A DNA stretch of 62,256 nucleotides, counting the filler, from Sphacelaria rigidula (taxonomy: Eukaryota): the NCBI GenBank assembly GCA_964200075.2. It is 11 parts of 11 records of this genome, joined end to end, with 100 filler letters (N's around TTAATTAATTAA, not from the genome) between each part and the next. Parts side by side here need not be neighbours in the genome. Positions count along the whole stretch, not along the records: positions 5,670 to 11,238 come from CAXNAA020026252.1; positions 11,339 to 16,907 come from CAXNAA020026253.1; positions 17,008 to 22,576 come from CAXNAA020026254.1; positions 22,677 to 28,245 come from CAXNAA020026255.1; 7 more parts are not named here. One strand, 5' to 3'. The translations under genes and the position numbers were made by a program. The notes below the pieces were generated by a model. It was not told the DNA's origin. It ran no database searches and saw only the letters and a program-made list of their open reading frames with translations. This document shows positions 10,451 to 22,900 of the stretch, piece by piece (within the stretch, counting starts at the first letter, position 1; each line of letters begins with the position of its first letter).

Positions 10451-13017
10451 TTCCTCCCCCGACCCCCGGCCTCATGTCCATACTGGGGGAGTGACCGGGG
10501 TTAACGGGGGGTATGCTAGCGGGAGACAAGAGGGGTAGCCTGGAATGAAAGATGCAATTATTGTTGAAAAAAGATGCTGCGAAAACCACATCTCGAGAGG
10601 ATGGGATGTTTCTTGTTCAAAGGTTTTTGGTTCTTGGACATTCGAGCGCATTTTTCGCCTCCCCAAAACAGGCTCATCGCTGCAATTTGACCAGAGCATA
10701 TTGTGTATTCTCAATGAGAAGACTCTCGCCCGCCCTCCTGTTCCGCTAGGCTCTGAGATTTTCGGGAAGGACCTCCTGCCGAAAATTAAAGTCGGAATGG
10801 AAGAATGTGGTGTCTGCAGTGATACTCACGATCTTGCCACGAACTACCAGTATGTGCTCGTGGCTGTATGTTTTGTTCCAGATCTAGAACACCCACCACC
10901 TCTTGTCACCCGACCCCAATTGAGCGGACGGCTGGCTGACTGACTGACTGACCAACCGATGGGCCGATTGAATAGCTAGCTGTCTTTCAAGACCGTCAGC
11001 CTGACTAGAGAATACCCAGCAATAGCGCCAGCCATGAAGATGCTGAAAGCTCTGGGGGCATAGCACAAGGCTAGTGAGACAACACTCATCATCATTCCGG
11101 AAATTCCCGCACCATATTCCAGCTTTTCATCGGGGCACAAATGTCAACGGGGTTGTGCACAGGCCCGGGAGGATTGGGGGGTGGGGGCGGGAGGAAGGGG
11201 GGGGGGGGAGTTCACGTTTGTTGGATTTCTGTTGAAAGNNNNNNNNNNNNNNNNNNNNNNNNNNNNNNNNNNNNNNNNNNNNTTAATTAATTAANNNNNN
11301 NNNNNNNNNNNNNNNNNNNNNNNNNNNNNNNNNNNNNNCCGAGTTACAGTAGAACTTGGGTGCTCTTCAATAAAATATTTCAAACCATTATCCTGTGCCT
11401 GAGCCAAGAAATACATACCCCCCCAAGTCGGGGGGGGGGGGGGGACGGGCGGGAGCGCATAATGTGACAAAATTCGAAAGCAACTGCAAAAAGATTCATT
11501 TTTCTCGTATTTGGCACGTTGGGGGTGATCGTATCAGCTATCTCGAATTGCTACTGATTATGTGTTGGACATAGATCTCATACGTGAAATATCCGCCATG
11601 TAGTCAACCGGCCTGGTAGGAGCCAGTACGGTTCAGTACAAAGTACCAACAGGAACCGTTCAAGAACCGGTACTGTAGCCAGTATTAGGCAGAGCCAGAG
11701 CGGCTATGCAGCTCTATATTGCAAGCTTTGTAGTTGGGGCTCAGGGCTGAGCTTCAGAGAGAGAAGTTTCTGATAGAGCTGTACAACAGCGGATGTCATC
11801 TGCATAAGTAATGAAGAGCACGGCGATTCAGCGCCCCACTCGGGTCCGCCGTCTGCTCAACCCATCAAGATCTCGTGAAAATTACTTTTCTCCGCTTTAA
11901 AACGGTGCAATGCGAAGTAGTGCGCAACGGCCATATCAAACACCTCGCAAGTGCACAAAAAGCAACCGCGACAAAAAAAGCCGTGCATCCGTGAATACAA
12001 CAAGAGACCTCAAGACATGGAACCCTTCCTTCCTATGCGGAGGCATTCAACTTGCGCTCATATATATTCGATAAAAGCATGGGGTAACGCATACAAACGG
12101 TGCCGCTGTTCTGTGCTCACTTGTCACAAAAGGCAGCGGAACCGCTCCGGGAACCCTGAGAAAGGATACTGCACCTTAAACAACACATCACGGCGACACT
12201 TCACGACACCAAATATATGAAACAAGGGGGCACGAAAACCTCACAACTCTCCAATACCCTTCCCGGAATATGCATGGGGGGAACACCTGTTTCTGACTTG
12301 CGCTTGCGCGCATTACCCCTTGATACCTGTGCGGTTGAAGCACGCAAACCCGCTACGCACATCACGTGCGTGCGAACGGCTCATCAATCGGTGGCGTTCA
12401 GCTGGCGGCCCCCATGACTATCCGCGCGGGTTCGCTACTACAACGGGCAAGATTCCACACATTCACCAACTCTCCACTACATGGATATAATAAAAGATAT
12501 CCTGATGGGTGTTCATACCTATTGAAAAACTTCTGCAGTTTGATTGAGTAAATTTGGTCCCCCTTGTGCAAAATCGCAACAGCACTACGCTGAGCAGTGG
12601 GCCACACGGATGGGCCACTATCACGGTCGACATCTGAGACTTACTGGTTGCAACGCGGCTGTGTATACGGCGTAGAGAGCAAGAAGTGGGATCATTCAAA
12701 GCCATGGAACGCCTCTAAATGCAAATCGTTTCATGATACCGGTTCGAAACTCACATTACAAGATGAACTGACAGGTAGAATCGTGTGCCTCCACACTCTC
12801 TCTATCATCGCGATGCGGAATACCTATCACAACCCCGACGCGATAAATCGCGTCGTTCGTGAATGAACGAAAGCCACAAATACGTGAGTTCGTTCGTTCC
12901 ACCAAAGGCCACTGAAGCTGCAGCACATGGATACCGATGGCTGGAAATAAAGCGCACCAATGGAACAACAAGCGAAATTACCAACAGCAACACTGCATGG
13001 TGACCAAGGTGGATACA

Positions 13018-13527
13018 TCAACAGCACTGCATGTTGACCAACTTAAATTTCCGGTCACCCCGATCCCGACGCTCCCCGCTCTCGTTTATATCCACGTCAT
13101 ATTCTAGTTCCTTCGCTTCAGACAAGATTTCAAACGTGACGCGGATGTCCCCGCCTCTAATCCCACGGGGAATCGGCATTGCTTGGTAACCCATTACCGA
13201 AGCCCGGGTCCTCCATAAGGCATCCACGATAGTCACCAACAACATATCATTATTCTCCTCATCTCGGCCGCGTTTTTTACCCTGCGACCCTGCAGATTTC
13301 AACCCGTCGTTCGGGATGTCGAGGCCGCCTTTTACCCCCGCCCCCCTGTGGGTAACGGAAGGATGGTGCAATCCAAAATTCGGCTCTTGCTGTCTACGCG
13401 CGAGCTCGTCCGGGGTTGCCTCGATCACCACCTTCACCGCACCCATTCCGTTGTAGCTCAGGAGGTAACCGATGTCGAGTATACCGTGGTCTCCCGAGCA
13501 TGGTAGATCGAACGTCGCAATGGCGGC
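13018..13527 (-). CDS. Probable terminal exon of an uncharacterised protein (ends FKLVNMQCC*)
   Basis: cag acceptor at 13530-13528 followed by a 169-codon open frame with protein-like composition (DIGYLLSYNGMGAVKVVIE, TIVDALW); no family confidently recognised. Confidence 0.65.
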   Translation of the reverse strand, partial: AAIATFDLPCSGDHGILDIGYLLSYNGMGAVKVVIEATPDELARRQQEPNFGLHHPSVTHRGAGVKGGLDIPNDGLKSAGSQGKKRGRDEENNDMLLVTIVDALWRTRASVMGYQAMPIPRGIRGGDIRVTFEILSEAKELEYDVDINESGERRDRGDRKFKLVNMQCC

Positions 13528-14621
13528 CTGTCCATGATAGTGCACACACAGCGTATGAACGAACAAATAGGGGGAGTGAAAGATGACTCATTTCAATTGA
13601 GGGTCACCACCGTGGCCACTCCGATATGTGGAGGCGGTGCATTTCTGTGAAGAAATAAATCGTACCATGAACTTCGTATTTTTTGTCTGCAAGGAAAGTC
13701 TTTTGTCTGCGCCTGCGCGCTTTTAGGCTAAATTCACCTACTCTAGCTTTCGTTGCTCATCATCTTAAACGTCAATCCGACCATGCCCTCGAGTGCGTGT
13801 TGAAAATAACCACAATACTGCCAGCAAGAGAATAAGCGTATCCCTCACAACTAAGACAGCAATCGTCTCCTCAGATTTTGGTTTCGTCGATAATCACGTG
13901 GGTGAATGAGGCGGGCAGTGAAGGGGTCCTCGCAAATCGATGAAGCAGGTTGGTGAAAAAACGTTGGAGTAGTCATAAAAATCATCAAGGATGACGCTGT
14001 GGTTTTCCTGTGCATGATACCGCTCAAGAAATAACGCCAACTGCACTGCACACAGCAGTTAAAGCAGGCGTTACATGGAGTGGATGAGCCGGCATTGCGC
14101 TCGAAATCACCTCAGACTGTCCGAGCATGCTCGAGACTACGTTGTCAGCGCAGGGGGTAACTGTATGGGTAGCGAGCATACACCCATCGAGGCAGTGCAT
14201 TAACCCGATGAAGTTTTGAGGGCAATGGCGTAGAAAAATGTATACCTTCTGTATTTTTGCCTAAGAAAGATACGAAAAATGGCCAGAAACGCGAAAACAG
14301 CCAAACACGCCATTTCGACCGTTTTCGCTCCGGATTTGTCACGCACATCATTCGGGAGGCCATTGGCACCCGGGACTCGAAAAAAACGGATAAAAAACGT
14401 CTTGCTCGAGAGATATGGCCACGCGAAAACGGACCTTTCGCCTCCAGAAACCGCTTACCTTTTGTAGGACACATTTCGCCGAGGTATACCTGATCTAGGG
14501 ATTATTTTTCAATCGTACCTTGTCTGGGCCACCAATCGGCCGAGAACGTACCTCTGCTAGGTCATCGCTATCCACACCTTACCAGGCAGTCTACGCGCCA
14601 ACTCCAACCATGGCGCCCACA

Positions 14622-16907
14622 TATTCGGCTCTTTTCCCGCTCATTTGCCGTTCACGGTCGCCACAACGACCGCGCCCCTTTCCCCCCGGAAATGATACCC
14701 AAGTCTCTCTGCATCGACACAATAACTGGACTCACAACTCACAACTCACAACTCACAACGCGTCGGTCTTTTGTGATGCGGGAGGTTGTGCAACACCGCA
14801 CTGTTTCGACCTCGGGGCTGGTGTCACGGTCAAGCTAGGCTCTTCCGTTCCGTTACGAAGGGGCGGTTGTCGTGTCATCGATGGTTGGTTCAAGCAACGG
14901 ATACAGTACTGGCGGTGATGCATATACGAACAGGATCAGATCACTAAATAGCGTTCAGGCAGAAAAATTGTGAGACGAACGTCAGTCGTCAAATCGCTTG
15001 CCCTGCGATGTATAACATTAAAATCGAAGTAATGTGATTGCACAACTGGCAATTCTTGATGGCTACTGTATTTGGCACGAAAACGTTGTGGATGAGACCC
15101 CCCTCTCGCCTGTGACCCTGTACAGAATCGCGACCTTAACAAGTCGGGTGTACACACATATTTTCGGAAAGCGGGCTAACCTTTTACCTCGAGGGTAGGT
15201 CACAAGCTGAATCGTCATCAGGTTTACTTGAAAAATGTGTGCGTGATCCAGATGTACTATCCGCATCACGGTCGAAGGGGTCAACCCTTTAATGGCGAAA
15301 GTAGGTCTGGGGTTGATTGATTAATTGATAAATGTATTGATTATCTCACATTAGCTGATTGCAACAATCTAGCCCGTGGTCAGGAGCAGAAAAAATAGAA
15401 CAGAATAATAAAAAAAGAGAAAAAAAGGAACAGAAAAAGACAGAAGCAACGGCCTCAGAAAGGAAAGAGAGGGACCAGCAATAACAACAAAAACAACACC
15501 ACCCTCAGCAACAACAAACAACAACAGCAACAACAACAAAATAACGACAAACACAAACACCTGAAATGGACACTGCTCCGTGCGTGCTTGTTATCAGACA
15601 TGATTTCTGGGGCAGCAGTCCCGACATGCCTCGACCGGTTCCACCACCGCATCGTTCTTTGTGCTCACACACGTATGGATACCTAGCAGCTCTACTCTCC
15701 TTGCTACGATTCCCAACCTTTCGGCGACGGTTACCTGATGCCGCTGCCGCGGGCTGTGTAGCCGCAGCAAACTTTGCCGTTGGGAAAAACTCCCTCGGGA
15801 AAAATTCCGCCGCATCAGGATTTAGTGCCGTCATCATCGTCGAGCGTAAGCAACAGGTAGGGCAGCAAGACGGTTGCTACGCTATTACTACTGTTGCTGT
15901 TGTTCTTCTGCTGTCGACGATGATGTCTTTTCTACACTTCAGGTGTGTGCGTGCAGGTTCGCAGTTCACACACCCGCCCCAGGCAGGGCAGCCCGGGGAG
16001 GGAAGAGCAGCAATGGGTTGAATCGGCATCGATTTGAATTGAAAGAAATATGCATTATCCAGATGGACTACCCTCGCGGTCGAAGGGCTCAGGTCATCTT
16101 GATTTGCGTTGATTTGATTAATTGTCGTATTTTAACTGACCCCCCAGGGATTCAGCAGCCGTGGTCACATCATAGACGTACCCAATTCATATTCGGGACG
16201 AGTCCGTGGTCTCAAGGGATCAACGCATCCCTCCTCCGGTACACCCTTTGCATTGAGGGTGTAGCGGGTTGGGTCACCACGCCCGCACCGCGTTAACTCC
16301 TGTCGAATGATGCACACACTGGATCGAAAAGAGTACTGAGTGTAATGTAGCCTATCGTACCTTTTGTATCAAGCAAACGATTCCATGCTGTACGCAGTAC
16401 CTATTTTCAATGTAGAATTCAGTATCTACGGTGTGAAGTAATGAGCAATTCGATGATAGTCGGTCATCCATGCTCGTAGTACACCCTTTGCTCTCAGGGC
16501 ATGACTGTCAATACATGGTCATCGTAGCGATCTACTTTTGTATTCTAGGGTAAGCAAACATCCACCCCCAACAACCGTAGCCCTGAACGCTACTAGTGTA
16601 CTGATCCTGTTCGTATATGCATCACCGCCAGTACTGTATCCGTTGCTTGAACCAACCATCGATGACGCGACAACCGCCCGTTAGTGATGGAACGGAAGAG
16701 CCTAGCTTGACCATGACACCAGCCCCGAGGTCGAAACAGTGCGGTGTTGCACAACCTCCCCCCGCATCACAAAAGACCGACGCGTTGTGAGTTGTGAGTC
16801 CAGTTATTGTGTCGATGCAGAGAGACTTGGGTATCATTTCCGGGGGGAAAGGGGCGTGGTCGTTGTGGCGACCGTGAACGGCAAATGAGCGGGAAAAGAG
16901 CCGAATG
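14622..16907. repeat. ~330-bp inverted repeat pair (14622-14959 and 16582-16907, the latter cut by the contig end)
   Basis: High identity between arms; ORFs 14520..14918(+) and 16622..16837(-) share near-identical peptide; the arms differ in ACTCACA copy number. Confidence 0.9.
15505..15837 (-). CDS. Short ORF or first exon beginning with a PAM2 (PABP-interacting) motif
   Basis: MMTALNPDAAEFFP matches the consensus L-N-x-x-A-x-E-F-x-P and is followed by a basic RRRK stretch; possible donor CAG|GTGTTT after 15561. Confidence 0.4.
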   Translation of the reverse strand: MMTALNPDAAEFFPREFFPTAKFAAATQPAAAASGNRRRKVGNRSKESRAARYPYVCEHKERCGGGTGRGMSGLLPQKSCLITSTHGAVSISGVCVCRYFVVVAVVVCCC

Positions 16908-17089
16908 NNNNNNNNNNNNNNNNNNNNNNNNNNNNNNNNNNNNNNNNNNNNTTAATTAATTAANNNNNNNNNNNNNNNNNNNNNNNNNNNNNNNNNNNNN
17001 NNNNNNNTTTTGATTGAAGATTTTACTCCTCCGGGTTCTCATCCTCAATCAAAAGCACCATCCTCAACATAGATGATTGGCTGTTAATA

Positions 17090-18698
17090 CCAGGCTATTC
17101 CAAGATTTCATTACATACCGTACCCGCCCAACCCGGTATTTTCAAAACTTGTACCTACAATACCTACGATACCAGGATATTCTGAGATTTCAATACTTAC
17201 CGTACCCGCCCAACCCGGTATTTTCAAAACTTGTACCTACAATACCTACGATACCAGGATATTCTGAGATTTCAATACTTACCGTACCCGCCCAATCCGG
17301 TATTTTCAAAACTTGTACCTACAATACCTACGATACCAGGATATTCTGAGATTTCAATACCTACCGTACCGGCCCAATCCGGTATTTTCAAAACTCACAT
17401 CTACGATACCTACAGGCTGGGCCGCCCAAGAAGCGAGCTTTCCTTCAGCCGGTTCTAATTGATCTATCGCGAGTTGTGCCTACTATGACACATCGAGGTA
17501 ATCTGCAAATCGACGCGCGTCTTTCACTTCACATAGCACTGCGATCGGACAAGTTCCCATCAAACAAAATACCAAACTGCAGCCAGCTGCGAAGTGTAGA
17601 GAGTCGAGGGTGGCGTGTGCAGCGGAATTAGGAGGAAAAAACGGCTGAAATCGCATTTACGGTTCATGTCAGTTTGCCGCCGCCGCAAAGTGATGGTGCT
17701 GTACTAGTTGTGGTTGTACAGCAAGGCATGTCGTAATGTAGGCGCGCAGTGTCTGAGATGGCACGCAGACGAGACCTCCAGCGCGCCAAGGCGTCGCGCT
17801 TGTGGAAAACGTCAGAGTTCCGGCTGAGGTTATTGTTGTCTAAAAGCAAGTGAACCGGTTCTCGGTAAAAAAAACGCGTTTTCACTGCTCAATTTGAATT
17901 TGTTTTCCATGAAATTTTGACACGGTATACATAGGGTATATGTGAAGCCCCTACCGTTTGCCCCCTCTTTTTTTTTTCCTCGTATGCCCTCGGTGATCTA
18001 AATTTCGGAACATTTTTTTCTGGTGCAAAAGCGTCGACAATCCACTTGAAAAAAAAAATGTCAAGGGGGGACAGTCGGGACTTCACAACATACCTCATGC
18101 GCATCGTGTCGGAATTTCGTGAAAAAATACTTGAAATTGAACAGCATGAACGCGTTTCATTCTTTCGTGGCTGATCCATCTCCCGATGGGAACTAGTCTT
18201 GGACACGAACATGCGACTTAGCAGCTTGATTTCAGGTCGTTTTTTTTTTTAATTTCAAGACGATGTACAGAATGTATGTGCAAAGACGCCCCCAATTGCC
18301 CCGTACATTTTTGTTTTTTCTCCGTGAGTTATCGGCGACCAAACATTTCAGAGCAGTTTTTTCGGAACGGAATCGTTAGTAACTCCCCCCCCCCCAAAAA
18401 AAAATGTACGAGGCAAATAGGGGCGTCTCCGCACGTACGTCCTGAACATTGTGTCAAAAATTCATAAGAAACGACCCAAAATTGACCCGCTAAATCGCGT
18501 GTTCACATCCCTGTCTACGTCTCGGGCGGCCCAGCCTGTACGATACCACGGTATTTCGAGATTTCAATACCTACCGTACCGGCCCAATCCGGTATTTCCA
18601 AATGTCGTACGTACGATACCTACGCATACCACGGTATGGGATACCACGGGAAATACCGGGGGTACGCTCGGTACGGTACCTCACCTACGGTGCCTGTG
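17090..18698. mobile_element. hAT-type MITE family copy with 82-bp internal tandem repeats (about 4 units at ~17090-17410), interrupted by a nested element
   Basis: CCGTACC starts at 17118, 17200, 17282 and 17364 (82-bp period); right terminus TACCTCACCTACGGTGCCTGTG ends at 18698 and matches the TIR of 19589-20176; left terminus missing. Confidence 0.8.
17413..18538. mobile_element. Non-autonomous TA-targeting (Tc1/mariner-type) element nested in the hAT MITE
   Basis: TIRs CAGGCTGGGCCGCCCAAGA / TCTCGGGCGGCCCAGCCTG; TA on both sides; removing it restores the host repeat unit ...GATACCTACGATACCA... Confidence 0.85.
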
Positions 18699-19588
18699 CA
18701 CTCTTTCACCCTATTTCGACGCGAAAATATTGTACAAAACTGTACAGGAATTGAATGTACTCTGTTATACACGAACACAATGTTCGGATCTCTGGGAGGG
18801 CTCATGATCCCACCTGCTTGCCCAAGCGTGCGCTCGCCCTGCCGGGTAAGCACCGTTTGCGTAAGGCACTACCATCGCACCACCTTGCCCGAGGGCTTGC
18901 AGTCCGCCTTGGGTTTAGGTGCCTTGTGTGTCACCCTTGGCCTTCCGGCATGATGCGAACATAATGGCTTCAATCATCCTTATCGGCCCGGAATAAACCC
19001 GCTTCGGGCCGGGTCTTATCGAGTAGAAGAAAACAAGCATGAAGAGGAACAACCGTCCAAAGCAGCATGATTGATCGCCGGGCGGGTCTGTGGTTGCGGT
19101 GACCAATCAACGTTCTGTTTTTGAATACTTGCTCCCTTTCACGTTTTTCTTTTTTCATTTTCTCGATTAGGCACGGCCTTACGCACGAAATTCACGTTGT
19201 CAAGAATCGGACAACTCATCCGCACCCTGGACAACAAACATACGGTCTACAGTTGCAATGGGAAGACAAAAAACGTATTGCGTAAAAAATGAGCCTATTG
19301 TAACTATTGACCATTTATTAGATGGCAATAGTTGCAGTAGGCCTATACTTTGGCGTAGTATTTTTTCCCTCTGTCGTAACTCTTGACCGTCCATTGTTCA
19401 GGGTGTGTGGAATCATCGCTGATTCGAATACTACTACTACTTGACCATTTCTGAGGACTGATGCGCTTGAAATGAATAAAAACGTTGACCGCCGGTCGAG
19501 AAATCACGCAATTTTACGCTATCCCACGTACCTGGAGTGCATTAATTCAGACGGGTCATTATTCGCACGTAATTTCCAACGAATCTTA

Positions 19589-20176
19589 CACGGGCACCGT
19601 AGGTGAGGTAGGTACCCGATACCGGTATTTGGGACATGTCATACCCCCCACCGATACCGACCCAATACCGACCCAATCCTGTATTTTGAAATGTCATACC
19701 TACGATACCTACGCATACCACGGTATGGGATACCCCGGTAAATACCGGGGGTATACCCGGTATTAACCGAACGCGGTACACTCCCCACCATGCAGCAGCT
19801 GGTGCCAGCTCACGCTGAGGCCTGAAGCTGTCAGAGCAAACACCTCTTGTTCTCACAAGGAATCAACACCCAGATTCTCCCGAAATTGAGTGTTTTGATC
19901 AATTCGAATAAAGTATTCCTATGTCGTCTCATGTTTTTGGTGCGTGGGTATTTCGACATTCCAATACCTACCGTACCCGCCCAATCCGGTATTTTGACAT
20001 GGCACACCTACGATATCTACGATACCAGAGTATATCGAGATTTCAATACCTACCGTACCCGCTCAATCCGGTATTTAAAATGTCATACCAACGATACCCA
20101 CGCATACCACGGTATGGGATACCCCGGTAAATACCGGAGGTACGCTCGGTACGGTACCTTACCTACGGTGCCTGTG
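19589..20176. mobile_element. hAT-type MITE with both termini and a perfect TSD
   Basis: TIRs CACGGGCACCGTAGGTGAGGTA / TACCTTACCTACGGTGCCTGTG; exact 8-bp TSD GAATCTTA at 19581-19588 and 20177-20184; TACC/GGTA-rich subterminal repeats. Confidence 0.9.
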
Positions 20177-22739
20177 GAATCTTATTATTGGTCCGATCCT
20201 TGAACGTTTCGATCATTCCCATTTTGCTGATGGTCGAGCTGTTTGCGACTTGCCCTGGACGCCCCATTTATTCTCAAGTGCATTAGTCCGAGTAGCACGT
20301 ACCCCCAGGCCCCTATTGCACCCGACGACCTGAACGCTTTGCGGAAGAGTCTTACCCGACCAAAGCCGTATGCTGGTTCGGGCGGGGTTCATCCGGCGGG
20401 TTTCAATTTACAGCACTAGTGGCTTTGTGTGTAGAACCTGCACCACGTCGGACACGAGATCGTTCTGAACGGAAACCCAGCGAGTTTGCACCGCCTCTTG
20501 AGACCGTGCGTTAACGAAATGAAAAAAAACAAGCGGGAAAAAGGACAACGAGCTTTTTAAAGCAGGACATTGATCGATTTCCGAATGGGTCTTGTTATTG
20601 AAACGACTTTTCAAAATGCTGCTTTTGGACTCTTGCTCCTTCTGCCGCTGTTTGGGAAAGAGGTTCTCGATAAGACACGACCTCATGAATTTGACGGACC
20701 CTACGGTATGCCTCCATCACACGGTGTTGGGTCTTTGTATCCCAGTTTTTTTGCTCTGTTTTTTTTGTTCTTGTGCGTCTGCGGTATGAGACATGTCAAG
20801 TTGTCCACGCCTCGCCTCAAGGGTTGTGCAGTGTTGAGATGGGTGCCGCGCAGAGACTACCCCCTTGCCAGGTGCAGACCGTTGGGCACTGTTTGGTACC
20901 GGAATGGTTCCCTAGTGCTCGACAGGGCATACTCGGTTAGGTGCTGTCGCGGCATATAAGCATGAACGTGACGCTTGCAGCAGCATGTCTGACGAACAGC
21001 GTCGCTGATGTGCGAGTATTACGATGGCTCCGGCAATAGGAACCTCCCAGATGGTTCTGAGTTTCGCACGGATACAAGGGAGGTCGGCCCCGATCGCTAG
21101 CAACCATGATTTTATATGCCGATGCACCCCTAGAACAGCACACACACATGAACAAGAGTACAACATGTGTAGCACTGCATTGCCGGTGCGGTCTATTTTG
21201 TGTCAGACCCACGGGTGTGCTAAATTGGATGCCACAAATATCAGAATTATCGGCTTTCGGCGATGAACTTTTTTCGTTATTTTTCCGGGGATCGGAAAAA
21301 ACGCAAGTCTATCGCTCAAGATCGTCTAGAAAACAGAGGAAGGACGCGGATGCCAATAGAAGTACACCTGCCGCATATTTTGTGGATAGTTCCTGGTCCA
21401 ATTGACAGCGAGATTTTGTAAGCGCCAAGTAGGAAAAGGTATACCCTCTTGGTGGAACCAAAAAATATCAAACAATTGGTGGCCACACTTGTTGCACCAC
21501 TTACCGAAATGGGTGAATCGTGGCCTAAAAGGTGGCGCTGAAGGGAAGTGCCGTCCCGGCGCAGCGCAAGTGAATGGTACAGGGGGGTTCGAGTGAATTG
21601 TCTGTGATCCTCCTCTGCGATCCTGCTGCTTTCCTTCTTATAATAGTTTCCTGCACAATCGAGTGTGATCAACGAAATCATCTTTCGGACCAACATATTC
21701 CCGCCTGACTGTCCTGGGTAACACTCGGTCCATGGTAATACGATTTAAGGTGTCTTGATAGCGGGGTATTTTTTCCACGTCTCCCCGCCCCCCAAAAGTG
21801 GATTTTCCCGACTTATCCGAAAATATCTGCCAGACAAAAATCCGATGCCGTATGTTTGAGAAAATTTGTATCACAACCAGCCTTGAATTGATCTAACGCC
21901 TGACCTGCTTACGAAAGTGCTCTCACATTTTTGGGAGAACCCCCCCCCCCCCCCCTGAAATCGGGAATCTCGGAAATAAAGAACCCACCCGTAAATAGGA
22001 TGACGTGTGAATTGCCTTTCGATTGATGTAGGTCATTTGACAACGTCGCAGCGCCTTTTGCGAGCAACGGGTACTACTGACCCTTACCAAAAAGATGACC
22101 AAAATGGCGAGTGCAACTAGGTTGCGAGGAAGTCCATCTGTAGTCCATTTTGGATGTGTCACACTCACAATTTTGACCTATCACAGCGCTCAATATGGGT
22201 ACTCTGCTCCTCGGGCCTCCTTCCTGGCATGAAACTCCGTGGCAAACTTTCATACGGACATGCTTGACCTACTGTAGTGAGCTTTTCGGTTGTTCGGTTA
22301 ATAGGTCCCCTTCTTCCCCTCGAAAAAACAGCCCCCCCTCCTCCTGGAGAAGTCCGGATGTCCCTTGAATATCAGCCGGTGAAACTGTTGCGAGGAGACG
22401 CTCGCAGTCTAGAGCTTCAACCAATAGAAAGATCCATGGCTAGGACAAATCATCACGACTCAAAACCACCGAATTCACGATTTCTCCGGCCTGATTGCCC
22501 CAAAGGGAGAAAAAAGTTGATCGCTGGTCCGAGGGGGGTATCCACGCTACCTTTGCGCCATTCCACGTGTCTGGGCNNNNNNNNNNNNNNNNNNNNNNNN
22601 NNNNNNNNNNNNNNNNNNNNTTAATTAATTAANNNNNNNNNNNNNNNNNNNNNNNNNNNNNNNNNNNNNNNNNNNNACAGCCCTTTGTGGTCGGGGTGGG
22701 CCGCGATTTCCCTCTTTGTTGCAAGCGGCAAATGCTCTT

Positions 22740-22900
22740 CGAACGGCATGGGCGTTGCGCCCCAGATACAGTACAGTGCAGCACGCCTTTCCGCATGAAG
22801 CAGCAGCTGCCGCTGCATACTCCCTCACATGTTCTGGGCAGTTGTCCGCGACGGAGATCAGCTGCCTTTGCACAGCGAGTTCGTTACCGTCGGTTACATA
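22740..22900. repeat. Dispersed repeat homologous to ~29900-30010
   Basis: Nucleotide similarity; minus-strand translations RQLISVADNCPEHVREYAAAAAA versus RQLISVAENCRERAREYAAVATAA. Confidence 0.7.

Noticed and set aside
17090..17410. Repeat-protein ORFs (17077..17349, 17231..17458) or CRISPR
   Set aside because: These are 82-bp (non-triplet) tandem units inside a MITE, without spacers
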